Origin: Candidatus Nomurabacteria bacterium
Lineage (GTDB): Bacteria; Patescibacteriota; Minisyncoccia; Phycocordibacterales; CALRBL01
Length of the DNA stretch: 64,000 bases
Assembly (NCBI GenBank): GCA_963834935.1
Contig: CAWIDS010000001.1
Location: 367,642-431,641 of the forward strand
Direction: 5' to 3'
Position 1 is the first letter of the stretch. The number at the start of each line of letters is the position of its first letter. Below, piece after piece: positions 56,508 through 64,000 of the stretch. Both the position numbers and the translations under genes were made by a program. The notes under the pieces are model-generated. The model had not been told where the DNA came from and ran no database searches. It worked only from the letters and a program-made list of their open reading frames with translations.

Positions 56508-56563
56508 CGTTATTGTAGGCAAGCAGTTTTATCGGCCCTATGTTACTAATCTGGGCCAAACAT

Positions 56564-56637
56564 TGCGGGATCGTCTAATGGTAGGACTACAGATTCTGGA
56601 TCTGTGTATCTTGGTTCGAGTCCAAGTCCCGCAGCCA
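56564..56637 (+). tRNA. tRNA-Gln (anticodon CTG), 3' CCA encoded
   Basis: Acceptor TGCGGGA/TCCCGCA (U1–A72), a 3-bp D-stem GTC/GAC, anticodon arm ACAGA-TTCTGGA-TCTGT (anticodon CTG), T-arm CTTGG-TTCGAGT-CCAAG, discriminator G, then CCA. Confidence 0.85.
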
Positions 56638-56734
56638 ACACGTGCTAGCACATTTGTCAAGAGTAACTCGTGCGCACTAGTCGCGTCTGAAAAGTAATCA
56701 TCTAACTGAGATTTGTTGCTATAATACTAGGTAT

Positions 56735-57058
56735 ATGGAAAAACCTAATTCCGCATTACTGGAAGAAAATATGAAAGCTTCTGGATCAGACTCTGAAGTG
56801 TCAGGAGAAAAAGAGGTCTCAGAAGCAGAAAACAGTCATACAGAATTAGTAAAATTTAGCAAAAGATATTCTCACGAAGGTCGTCAAAAGATAGCTGAAG
56901 AAATAAAGGAGTTACGTTTTCAGTATTTTAAAAAGGAAAAAGGAAATCCTGAACGTCAAAAAACTATTGATGAACAAGAAAAAAGTATCGAGGTACTTCA
57001 AAAAGAAAAAGAACAATGTACCGGACCCCTTTCTTTAGACACTCATTCTACTCACTAA
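56735..57058 (+). CDS. Lys/Glu-rich coiled-coil hypothetical protein, 3' end truncated by IS insertion
   Basis: The last 14 codons (..CTGPLSLDTHSTH*) are read from the IS terminal inverted repeat that begins at 57017. Confidence 0.35.
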   Translation: MEKPNSALLEENMKASGSDSEVSGEKEVSEAENSHTELVKFSKRYSHEGRQKIAEEIKELRFQYFKKEKGNPERQKTIDEQEKSIEVLQKEKEQCTGPLSLDTHSTH

Positions 57059-57856
57059 GTTTAACTCTTTTTTCTGTATTTTCGCAAATTCTGACGGAGA
57101 CATTTTAAGTGCGGAATGTATGCGGCTTTGATTGTAGTAGTGGATCAGTCGGTACATTTCTGAGACGAGTTCACCGAGTGTTTTGAATCGGGAAGGATCT
57201 CCAAGCTCCACCTTGAATTTGTCATAGAACGATTCCTGGTAGCCGTTCTCCCATGGACAGCCGGGAGCTGAACGGGAAATGGATACTCCGACTGTTTGCA
57301 ATGCTCCAACAAATGTCTCCGAATTGTACTCACTGCCATTGTCGGAGTGAAATATTTCCGGTCTTGAATTTGAAAGCATCGCATTCATCAAGGCTGACAA
57401 GGTCAGTTGCACCGAATGGTTGGTGTAGACCGACACACCAACCACTTTCCTGGTGAACAAGTCCTCAACGGTTGCCACATACACAACCTTCCCTTGAAAA
57501 GGAATTCTGGTGAAGTCCGACACCCAGATATGGTTCTCGCATGAAGGGTATTCCGTCAACAACAGATTGGGGTAAGTGACCTTGATATTCCTTGTTTTCT
57601 TCCATTTTCTGCCACGCCTGCGATATGCTTTGATGCCGAATATGCTCATGACTCTTTGAACAGGTTTTCGGTTCATTTTGAGGTGGATAGCAATCCTTCT
57701 TGAGCCGTATGAGGGATGCTCCCTGAGGGTTTCCTCAATCCGGCACTTCAGCACCCAATCCCTGTCAGGTTTCTTTGGCTTGTAGTACAAAGTGCCTCGA
57801 GAAACGCCAAGCTCCCTGGCAAGCGTTGATTTGTCAGAAGATTTCATACTCCTCAA
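57035..57856 (-). CDS. IS3-family transposase OrfB (integrase core, DDE)
   Basis: WVSDFTRIPF..VYVATVEDLFTRKVVG ... HSDNGSEYNS ... PWENGYQESF give the D, D and E catalytic residues in rve spacing. Confidence 0.85.
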   Translation of the reverse strand: MRSMKSSDKSTLARELGVSRGTLYYKPKKPDRDWVLKCRIEETLREHPSYGSRRIAIHLKMNRKPVQRVMSIFGIKAYRRRGRKWKKTRNIKVTYPNLLLTEYPSCENHIWVSDFTRIPFQGKVVYVATVEDLFTRKVVGVSVYTNHSVQLTLSALMNAMLSNSRPEIFHSDNGSEYNSETFVGALQTVGVSISRSAPGCPWENGYQESFYDKFKVELGDPSRFKTLGELVSEMYRLIHYYNQSRIHSALKMSPSEFAKIQKKELNLVSRMSV

Positions 57857-57904
57857 TTCTTTTTTTGGGATTCAGACAGCTTGAGAGTCATCTCTCCAAC
57901 CAGT

Positions 57905-58105
57905 TCAAGAAGAGCTTTGTTTTCCTTTCTGAGTCGTGCCATCTCGGCATACGAGGGACCGTCCGCCGAGCCTCCCAGCCACTTGTATATGGTGTGGGTG
58001 GGAAACTCCGTGGTCTTTAGCCGCTTCCGCTACCGATATGCCATCATTTTTAATCCTACCTAAAACCTGCTCCTTTACTTCGGGAGCGATACGATATTTC
58101 TTCAT
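57905..58105 (-). pseudogene. IS3-family transposase OrfA (HTH), apparently interrupted by a 1-nt frameshift
   Basis: The annotated frame reads MKKYRIAPEVKEQVLGRIKNDGISVAEAAKDHGVS, then non-homologous sequence and a stop. The shifted frame continues with the canonical ...PTHTIYKWLGGSADGPSYAEMARLRKENKALLELVGEMTLKLSESQKKN and ends at the slippery site. Confidence 0.55.
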
Positions 58106-58218
58106 GTATGTATTCTACAAATTAGCTGTTAATTGTGTAGAAGGGGTGTTTAAAATTTGGGGACCGGGTCACTACCACTTCAGTCTTCGAGACCGTATGG
58201 GAGAAATACAGAAAGATC

Positions 58219-58542
58219 ATGCTGAGCATTCTCAAGAGGGACAAGGAGACGTTCCTCTGCTACCGGGATGACAGGATTCCCATCATGATCCATCTCCTTA
58301 TCCTCGTTATGTCACTTCCGGTGCTCATCATCATCTCCCTGCTCGAATACAAGTCTGCCTGGACGGGCACCACCTGCGTCTTCTTCGTATCGTTCGCCCT
58401 GTCCTTGTATTGGGTAGTAGTAACCGAACTGCAGAATCCCTCAAAGAGCCTATGGTTCGTGGAACGTGTTCCCGATGAATGGTTGACGATAGACATTGAT
58501 ATGCACTTCAAATTGGCAGAGGAGGAGAAAAACCAAAAGTGA
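58219..58542 (+). CDS. Hypothetical small membrane protein
   Basis: Two predicted TM helices. It is followed by a hairpin plus T-run at about 58548–58585. Confidence 0.3.
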   Translation: MLSILKRDKETFLCYRDDRIPIMIHLLILVMSLPVLIIISLLEYKSAWTGTTCVFFVSFALSLYWVVVTELQNPSKSLWFVERVPDEWLTIDIDMHFKLAEEEKNQK

Positions 58543-58907
58543 ACCTACGACCGAGAGCTATGGAGCTCCGGTCTTTTTTATTTACTTCCCTTCACCACTA
58601 TCCGAACATCCTCCCACGTGCGGAGCAGGATCTATAGCCAATTTTTCTACAATATCTAAAATATGAGGATAATACTCTGTCTTTAGGGTTGCAATGAGTG
58701 TTTGTAATAACCACGGGACCGTTCCTCTCACTGTGTAAATAAGTCTAGGATCTTCACCTTCTTCGATCCTTAGACCCATCAACAGAAATAGCCCCGCATT
58801 CGCATGAGGTTAAATTGCTGTGCGTTTCAAAATGAATTTCAGTACCGCATTTCTTGCACTTAATGTAGGTTTCTGTTTTGTTTTGGTTTGCAACGGGATT
58901 CATAAGA

Positions 58908-60191
58908 TTATTTTTTGTTCAGATCAAGCAACCATTCGTACAAAGGCTTAAACACAATCGTCACATCGTCTTTCTTAACCTCACGCTTATCATTCCACGT
59001 CAAAATAGTAAGCTTATTCACATTGAGCTCCTTCCCAGCCTCAACAAGTGCCCGTACTTCTCTCTGCTCGACTTCTGGGTTGCTTGCCTCGTAGCAGACC
59101 TGTATAAGCTCGAGTACTTCATTTCCTTTCTTAACAACAAAATCAACCTCTTTTTGGTTTCGAGTATGGTAATAAAACAATTCTCTACCAGGCTCATTGC
59201 CTTGCTTTACCAATTCGGTAAAAACAAGGTTTTCCATCAGCTTGCCATTGTTTGGAGAATGCTGGACCGCCTTTGCCGCCACAAATCCGTTATCAACCAC
59301 GTATGCTTTCTTTGGAGATCGCAACCGGAGACCTACTTTGGCTGAGAATCGATTCAGAGTGAATATCAAATACGCTTCGGTAAGATATCCGAGATACTTT
59401 TCTATAGTAGTCCCGCTCTTTGATCCAAGTGCCAACGCCATCTTCCGTATGCTGTAGAGCGAGGTGAAATTATTTACGAGATACGTTCCAAGACCGTCTA
59501 TCTGTCCGGAAAATCGCACATGATGCCTTCGCACCACATCCTTAAAAAGGAGTGAATCAAAAAGCACATCAAGATAGCCTCGAGGATCAACGTCTTTAAG
59601 CACGACTTCGGGATAACCACCGTTTGTCATGTATTGGTTAAGAATCTGCAAAAGCTGTCCGGACCCAGTCGGAGAAGCGAGATTTCCCTCGGTAAGTTGA
59701 AATCCTTTAGCTTTCAGTATTTCATTGAAATCAAAAGGCAATATCTGTATCGGTATATGTCGTCCCGTAAGTGCCGTAGCCAGTTCTTTTGAAAGCAATC
59801 GAGCGTTCGATCCGGTAATAACCAGATTATATCCTTCACGATGAAGCCTGTTTACGAATAATTCCCATTTCGGTAAGTTTTGTATTTCATCAAAGAGAAT
59901 ATATTTCGTATCTCCATAGGCAAGTTTTAATTCTTGCATCAACTCATTGAGGTCGAGCTGATCTTCACCAGGAAGCGATTCGTCATCAAAATTAAAATAG
60001 GCAAAAGACTGATCCTTGAGCAGCATCAGCGAAAATACGGACTTGCCTGCGCGGCGTGGTCCGAGAATAACTTTTATAAGGTCAGATGAGAGCCATTTTT
60101 TAGCCTCTTTTTCCTTGGTTCGCTCTATGTAAGGAAGTGACAAAAGTCGCTCTTTTTCCTCTTTTTGTTTTAAAACAGTCGTTTTTAGCAT
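58908..60191 (-). CDS. AAA+ ATPase, COG1373-like (AAA_14 plus DUF4143 architecture)
   Basis: Walker A is ILGPRRAGKS and Walker B is ILFDEIQNLPKWE. The C-terminal region is typical of the DUF4143 family. Confidence 0.7.
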   Translation of the reverse strand: MLKTTVLKQKEEKERLLSLPYIERTKEKEAKKWLSSDLIKVILGPRRAGKSVFSLMLLKDQSFAYFNFDDESLPGEDQLDLNELMQELKLAYGDTKYILFDEIQNLPKWELFVNRLHREGYNLVITGSNARLLSKELATALTGRHIPIQILPFDFNEILKAKGFQLTEGNLASPTGSGQLLQILNQYMTNGGYPEVVLKDVDPRGYLDVLFDSLLFKDVVRRHHVRFSGQIDGLGTYLVNNFTSLYSIRKMALALGSKSGTTIEKYLGYLTEAYLIFTLNRFSAKVGLRLRSPKKAYVVDNGFVAAKAVQHSPNNGKLMENLVFTELVKQGNEPGRELFYYHTRNQKEVDFVVKKGNEVLELIQVCYEASNPEVEQREVRALVEAGKELNVNKLTILTWNDKREVKKDDVTIVFKPLYEWLLDLNKK

Positions 60192-60287
60192 AGTATTTTA
60201 GCTGTACTGGGCATAAATTGCCTTTTTTGCACAGTACAAGTATTATACTGGTCAAAAAGGAGAAAAACAAGCTATAATCGTCAACAT

Positions 60288-60593
60288 ATGGAAATCGAGT
60301 CAAAAGAGCACATTCTGGCCAAAAGAGGAGAAATCGAGCAGGAGCTTGCTGATTTTCTGGCGGAAACAAAAAGCGATTTTACCGTGGATCATATTAAGGA
60401 CATCATCTACAACGAGGATGGCCAGGACGACCTGACCGATGTCATTGCAATGTTTGACACAGGACAAGGTGCGGCAGAACTCGATTCTATTTTAGAATTA
60501 GTGAATGATGCTTGGAATTATTTTCCGCACAAGATCATCGGCGGCCTTTCGCCGGCGGAGAAGCTCTTGGAATATCGCGAGAATCAGAAATGA
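60288..60593 (+). CDS. Hypothetical acidic protein
   Basis: 101-aa ORF downstream of a TATAAT element (60263–60268). Confidence 0.3.
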   Translation: MEIESKEHILAKRGEIEQELADFLAETKSDFTVDHIKDIIYNEDGQDDLTDVIAMFDTGQGAAELDSILELVNDAWNYFPHKIIGGLSPAEKLLEYRENQK

Positions 60594-60614
60594 TTTGCGT
60601 GCTAGAATATACGC

Positions 60615-61065
60615 ATGAAGCTCCGCAGTCTCGATATCGAAATCATCCATTTCTTCAGAAAAATATCCGAGCCGACAGCAAGGATCGGGTTGTTCGTGGT
60701 CTTTTTCTGGTTCGGAGCGTTGAAAGTATTTGGTGCAAGCCCTGCCACTCCGCTCGTACCGAGCTCTCTTTCAGCACACCATTCCGTTCATGCCCTTTTC
60801 CGTATTCATAGTCCTGTTCGGACTCTTTGAAATGCTTATCGGCCTTTTATTTCTATTCAAGGGATGCGAGCGCGTAGTGATCCCGCTCCTTTTCCTGCAC
60901 ATGATCACTACGTTCCTGCCGCTATTTCTCATCCCGCAGGAGACATGGTCGGGATTCCTCGTGCCAACGCTTGAAGGCCAGTACATTATCAAGAATCTCG
61001 TCATCATCGCGGCCGCCATCGGCATTGCGGCGCATTTGCATCCGATATCTCGACGTGGTCAATAG
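60615..61065 (+). pseudogene. DUF417 (YkgB-like) inner-membrane protein, split into two overlapping frames
   Basis: ORFs 60615..60830 and 60730..61065 together resemble one DUF417-type protein, with a frameshift around 60740–60830. Confidence 0.4.
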
Positions 61066-61103
61066 CTATAGGCCCCGACTCGAATCTGTCATATAATTAC
61101 AGC

Positions 61104-62108
61104 ATGAAATCAGAAAGAAACTTTGCTTTTCTGCGCATCGCATTCGGCTGCGTGTGGGCCATCGACGCTTGGTTCAAATGGCAACCAGCATTTCTCAATG
61201 GCTTGAGCGACATGCTGACATCAATGCTCGACGGCCAGCCAGCATGGGTCCAAGCTTGGATTCATCTTTGGATCAACATGGTTAGTGTCCACCCTCATCT
61301 GTTTGCGGTTCTCATCGCTCTCATTGAGACCGTAATTGCATTCAGTCTCATCTTCGGTTTTCTCACCCGCATCGGATTGTGGGTCAGCATGATCTTTGCA
61401 TTTCTCATCTGGTCCATTGGCGAGGCGTTCGGCGGACCATATGTCGCCGGTTCCACCGATATCGGCTGTGCCTGCATATATATCTTCGTCGCTATCGGAC
61501 TGTATCTTGGCGCCTCATGGAGGGCATACAGCCTGGACGGATTGCTGCAGCAAAAGTATCCGAACTTTTTGCTGTGGAGGGACGGCAAGCAGAGCACTCC
61601 TCGTAATGACAAGAAAGACGGCATCATCAGCTTGCTCATCCTTGGGATGATAATCCTCGGTTCGATACTTCTCGCGGAACATGTGCCTCCCACTTCATCA
61701 CCCTCAATGCCAATGACTTCCGATCAGAGTATGGGCACGGGACCTGGTGCTATGGCTCCCTCGGGCATGACGCTGAAGACGTTCGACCTCAAACCATCTG
61801 ATCCTGTACCGACAGTCAACTTCACCATTACCCGCGATCCTGTTTCGATGGGAGGATGGGATGTCCATATCACCACGACGAATTTCACCTTTACTCCGCA
61901 GGATGTGAATCAGGCTCCGGTCGCTGACCAAGGGCATGCCCATCTCTATGTCGATGACGCGATGTACGTCGTCTATGGCAATTGGTATCACCTCGATGAC
62001 GTTCCTATTGGACAGCACACGATCACCGTATCGCTCATGGCCAATGATCACAGCATCTTCTCCGAGAACGGAAAGTGGATCGAAGCAACGACCACTATCA
62101 CGCAATAA
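61104..62108 (+). CDS. DoxX-like membrane protein with C-terminal extracytoplasmic domain
   Basis: N-terminal 4-TM DoxX-like region (RIAFGCVWAIDAWFKW ... LIETVIAFSLIFGFLTRIG) followed by a soluble domain of about 150 aa. Confidence 0.45.
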   Translation: MKSERNFAFLRIAFGCVWAIDAWFKWQPAFLNGLSDMLTSMLDGQPAWVQAWIHLWINMVSVHPHLFAVLIALIETVIAFSLIFGFLTRIGLWVSMIFAFLIWSIGEAFGGPYVAGSTDIGCACIYIFVAIGLYLGASWRAYSLDGLLQQKYPNFLLWRDGKQSTPRNDKKDGIISLLILGMIILGSILLAEHVPPTSSPSMPMTSDQSMGTGPGAMAPSGMTLKTFDLKPSDPVPTVNFTITRDPVSMGGWDVHITTTNFTFTPQDVNQAPVADQGHAHLYVDDAMYVVYGNWYHLDDVPIGQHTITVSLMANDHSIFSENGKWIEATTTITQ

Positions 62109-62116
62109 ATACATCC

Positions 62117-62538
62117 ATGAACACCCCACAAGAAAAATTGCAGGTCGCCATGAAATACGCGATGGCCAACAGGCCGAAGGTCGGAGGCTTTCCGTTCCTA
62201 GCCGAGTGCCTGCGGAAAGCGGAGTCGAGCATAATCTCTGGTCTTTGCCGGGAGCGCAAAGTATTTATGTCATGAAAGACGGCGTCGTGGTACAGCAAGG
62301 CACGCCGCTTGTTTCCGGCATGGCCGACGTTCCTGATTTCAGCGAGGAGGCGCTTATCGCCGCCCTTCGCACCGATCAGGCTGACAAGAGTACGTTTCCG
62401 GAATTCCTCTCTGCTTCGTGGAAAGCTGGCATCATCGGCTATGACGTGGATTTTTCCGCGCGGACTGTCTCGTATTTCGGAGCTCGCGCCGAGCGATACG
62501 TTGAATCGTATCCTGCGCTCGAAGTCGGAGAATTTTAA
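62117..62538 (+). pseudogene. DUF1398-family protein, frameshifted
   Basis: The N-terminal part MNTPQEKLQVAMKYAMANRPKVGGFPFLAECLRKA is in one frame. The remainder ..NLWSLPGAQSIYVMKDGVVVQQGTPLV...EALIAALRTDQ... is in another frame, overlapping around 62220–62275. Confidence 0.45.
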
Positions 62539-63147
62539 ATAGCTTTCGCCAACTGCTCACTCGTCGGCCGAGTAAGTTTGTAGATGCCGTCCTTCAAATT
62601 CGGGATGTAATGGAGCTCGGTTGTGGTCTTAAAATAGGTCATTATTTCGTCAACAGTTCGGAGCATTGTAGGACTCGCAACCATGAAAGGACTCTCCTGC
62701 CTTTGCAGAGACTCATCTTTTAATAGTTCGAAGGTAGTATTTAACCTAGGGACCCACTTCGGGAAAAGTCTTTGTGTCGCTACTCATGCATGATCGTTGA
62801 TCGAACGGGACGAGAAGTCAATGTAAGCAAACTTGAACTTCCTATAAACCACTATCTGGATTACAATTACCTCATTGGAATACACGCCTCGCTCCCCTTG
62901 GGGCACACAGAGGCCCCGATGCACACAAAATCAAGGACCAAAAATATTCAAAGGATCGATTGAATAACTCATCTTTTTATTAAGACTCTTTCATTTGGAA
63001 AGCGTGGGGTTCGTGGTTCTCTTGGGGATCGCCTGTCGGTATGGGTCTGGGCTGGGCACTGTTCATCATCCCGCTCGGATATTTTCTCCTTCTGCTTCAT
63101 ATGGCAGGAATTCTCCACTAAATAAAATATCAAAAGCCTATAGCAAA

Positions 63148-63178
63148 ACCGCCTCAATCAAGGGGCGGTTTTCTAAAC
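63148..63178. terminator. Terminator ACCGCCTCAATCAAGGGGCGGTTTT (near-copy of the 46118 terminator)
   Basis: Hairpin plus T-tract, downstream of the minus-strand 63198 gene. Confidence 0.5.
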
Positions 63179-63197
63179 TGTAAGGCGTTAGAGACAA

Positions 63198-63578
63198 TTA
63201 CCATGTACTACTCCACAAGTTTTGAAACATCTGCTGTTCTTGCTCAAACAGTTTCTGTTGTTCGGCAAACAGTTGTTGCAGAGCATTCTGCTCATCCTGT
63301 ATCTCCTTTTGCATCGAAGTAATATCCGTACTTGTTAAGGGTGTCGTCGTTGAGAATGTTTGCCATTTTCCATCTTTATATACCGTATAGACCTGACCCT
63401 TAAAATTATTTGGCAAGTTCATCTGGACACTGACGCCGCCATCAGGCGTCGTCGATGTTGTTACATAGGGACTCGAAGATGCTGTTTGGGCATGGGCCAC
63501 TGACGCCGTCATGAACATCAAGGCGGCTACAAACCAAGCAACTACTGAGATACTTATTTTCTGTACGTTTGTTTTCAT
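63198..63578 (-). CDS. Secreted hypothetical protein (signal peptide)
   Basis: The internal Met gives MKTNVQKISISVVAWFVAALMFMTASVAHAQ, a Sec signal with AHA↓Q. A terminator lies downstream at 63148–63178. Confidence 0.4.
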   Translation of the reverse strand: MKTNVQKISISVVAWFVAALMFMTASVAHAQTASSSPYVTTSTTPDGGVSVQMNLPNNFKGQVYTVYKDGKWQTFSTTTPLTSTDITSMQKEIQDEQNALQQLFAEQQKLFEQEQQMFQNLWSSTW

Positions 63579-63753
63579 ATTTTGACAAAAGCTACGGTTA
63601 AAAAGCCTGTCCTCCGGCGGCCGACCACTCCGCCTGACCATTGACGTCATATTAAACGTATCTCCCTCAAAAAGGTGTCGTGCCTTCTCATGTATAAATA
63701 AAAAAGCAAGTAAATTAACATTCCTGAAAAAATTGATAAAATAAGGCTACCGT

Positions 63754-64000
63754 ATGAACAACGACGACATACAATTAGTAGCTAAGGCCAAAGAAAATCC
63801 CAAGGAGTACGAGAAACTCTACACCAAATATTCCGATAAAGTGTTCAACTATTTCTGGTACCGCACAGGGCACGACAAAATGCTTTCAGAAGACTTAATG
63901 CAAGAGACTTTTTTGCGTGGCTTTCAATACCTCAACCGTTTCAATAATCGGGGTTATTCATACCTCACCTACCTCATCACCATCGCTCATAATGTTCTCG
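63754..64000 (+). CDS. ECF-type RNA polymerase sigma factor (sigma-70 region 2), 3'-truncated at window edge
   Basis: YEKLYTKYSDKVFNYFWYRTGHDKMLSEDLMQETFLRGFQYLNRF matches ECF region 2.1–2.2. Confidence 0.7.
   Translation, partial: MNNDDIQLVAKAKENPKEYEKLYTKYSDKVFNYFWYRTGHDKMLSEDLMQETFLRGFQYLNRFNNRGYSYLTYLITIAHNVL

Larger units (their letters stand above)
57017..58171 (-). mobile_element. IS3-family insertion sequence (about 1.15 kb), orfA–orfB with A_AAA_AAG −1 frameshift site
   Basis: The terminal IR TGTACCGGACCCC (57017–) is imperfectly matched by TGACCCGGTCCCC (rc of 58159–58171). The DDE/rve-type OrfB, the HTH OrfA and the slippery heptamer CAAAAAAAG at the orfA 3' end, leading into orfB in the −1 frame, are all present. 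Confidence 0.7.

Noticed and set aside
57017-58171. Target-site duplication flanking the IS
   Set aside because: Flanks (..AACAA | and | CTACC..) show no clear 3–4-bp direct repeat, so IS boundaries rest on the terminal IRs only.
62539-63197. Short ORFs (63 aa plus, 62 aa minus, and a 47-aa minus ORF MVASPTMLRTVDEIMTYFKTT...)
   Set aside because: No motifs, and they lie in a region with several pseudogenes. Insufficient evidence to call genes.
1-64000. CRISPR arrays
   Set aside because: No regularly spaced direct repeats of 25–40 bp were observed anywhere in the window.

Overview
This 64-kb window reads as a small-genome bacterium, probably Candidate Phyla Radiation (CPR)/Patescibacteria-like. 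The lineage call rests on missing L30, giant type IV pilins, sparse metabolism and a ComEC without an MBL domain; it is an inference.

Gene order, left to right:
- 5–4983: the 3' end of a type IV pilus / competence cluster, with PilC/GspF, two prepilin-type giant pilins and a frameshifted PilX-like protein.
- 5018–10900: tpiA-pgk, recJ, an RNase HI with a C-terminal hybrid-binding domain, and comEC.
- 11153–12675: sod and rpmB on the minus strand, then an M50-like protease.
- 13077–21093: a split str operon, rpsL-rpsG | inserted genes | fusA | two minus-strand hypotheticals | tuf.
- 21116–34096: a nearly complete S10–spc operon run from rpsJ to secY, then adk and map. L29 was found below the ORF-track length cutoff. 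L30 is absent. A threonine-synthase-like gene sits between rplB and rpsS.
- 34120–37514: a 928-aa VirB4/VirD4-like P-loop ATPase where infA/rpmJ/rpsM/rpsK/rpsD/rpoA/rplQ would normally follow map, then ndk.
- 37739–46916: Ser/Thr-rich secreted proteins with peptidoglycan-binding repeats, an RNase J-like nuclease, a LOG-family protein, infC-rpmI-rplT on the minus strand, a histidine phosphatase, a tmRNA (ssrA) recognisable from sequence, and smpB.
- 46948–56637: ftsH, two tandem tRNA-Thr, prfB, ftsEX, three tandem paralogous membrane proteins each with its own promoter and terminator, pyrG, and tRNA-Gln.
- 57017–64000: an IS3-family insertion sequence carrying the A_AAA_AAG frameshift motif, an AAA+ ATPase, several frameshifted genes (DUF417-like, DUF1398-like), and a partial ECF sigma factor.

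Several intergenic regions carry promoter-like and terminator-like signals around ORF-free, structured sequence, which makes them candidate ncRNAs. The most striking is a 31-bp perfect inverted repeat upstream of fusA. No CRISPR array was seen.
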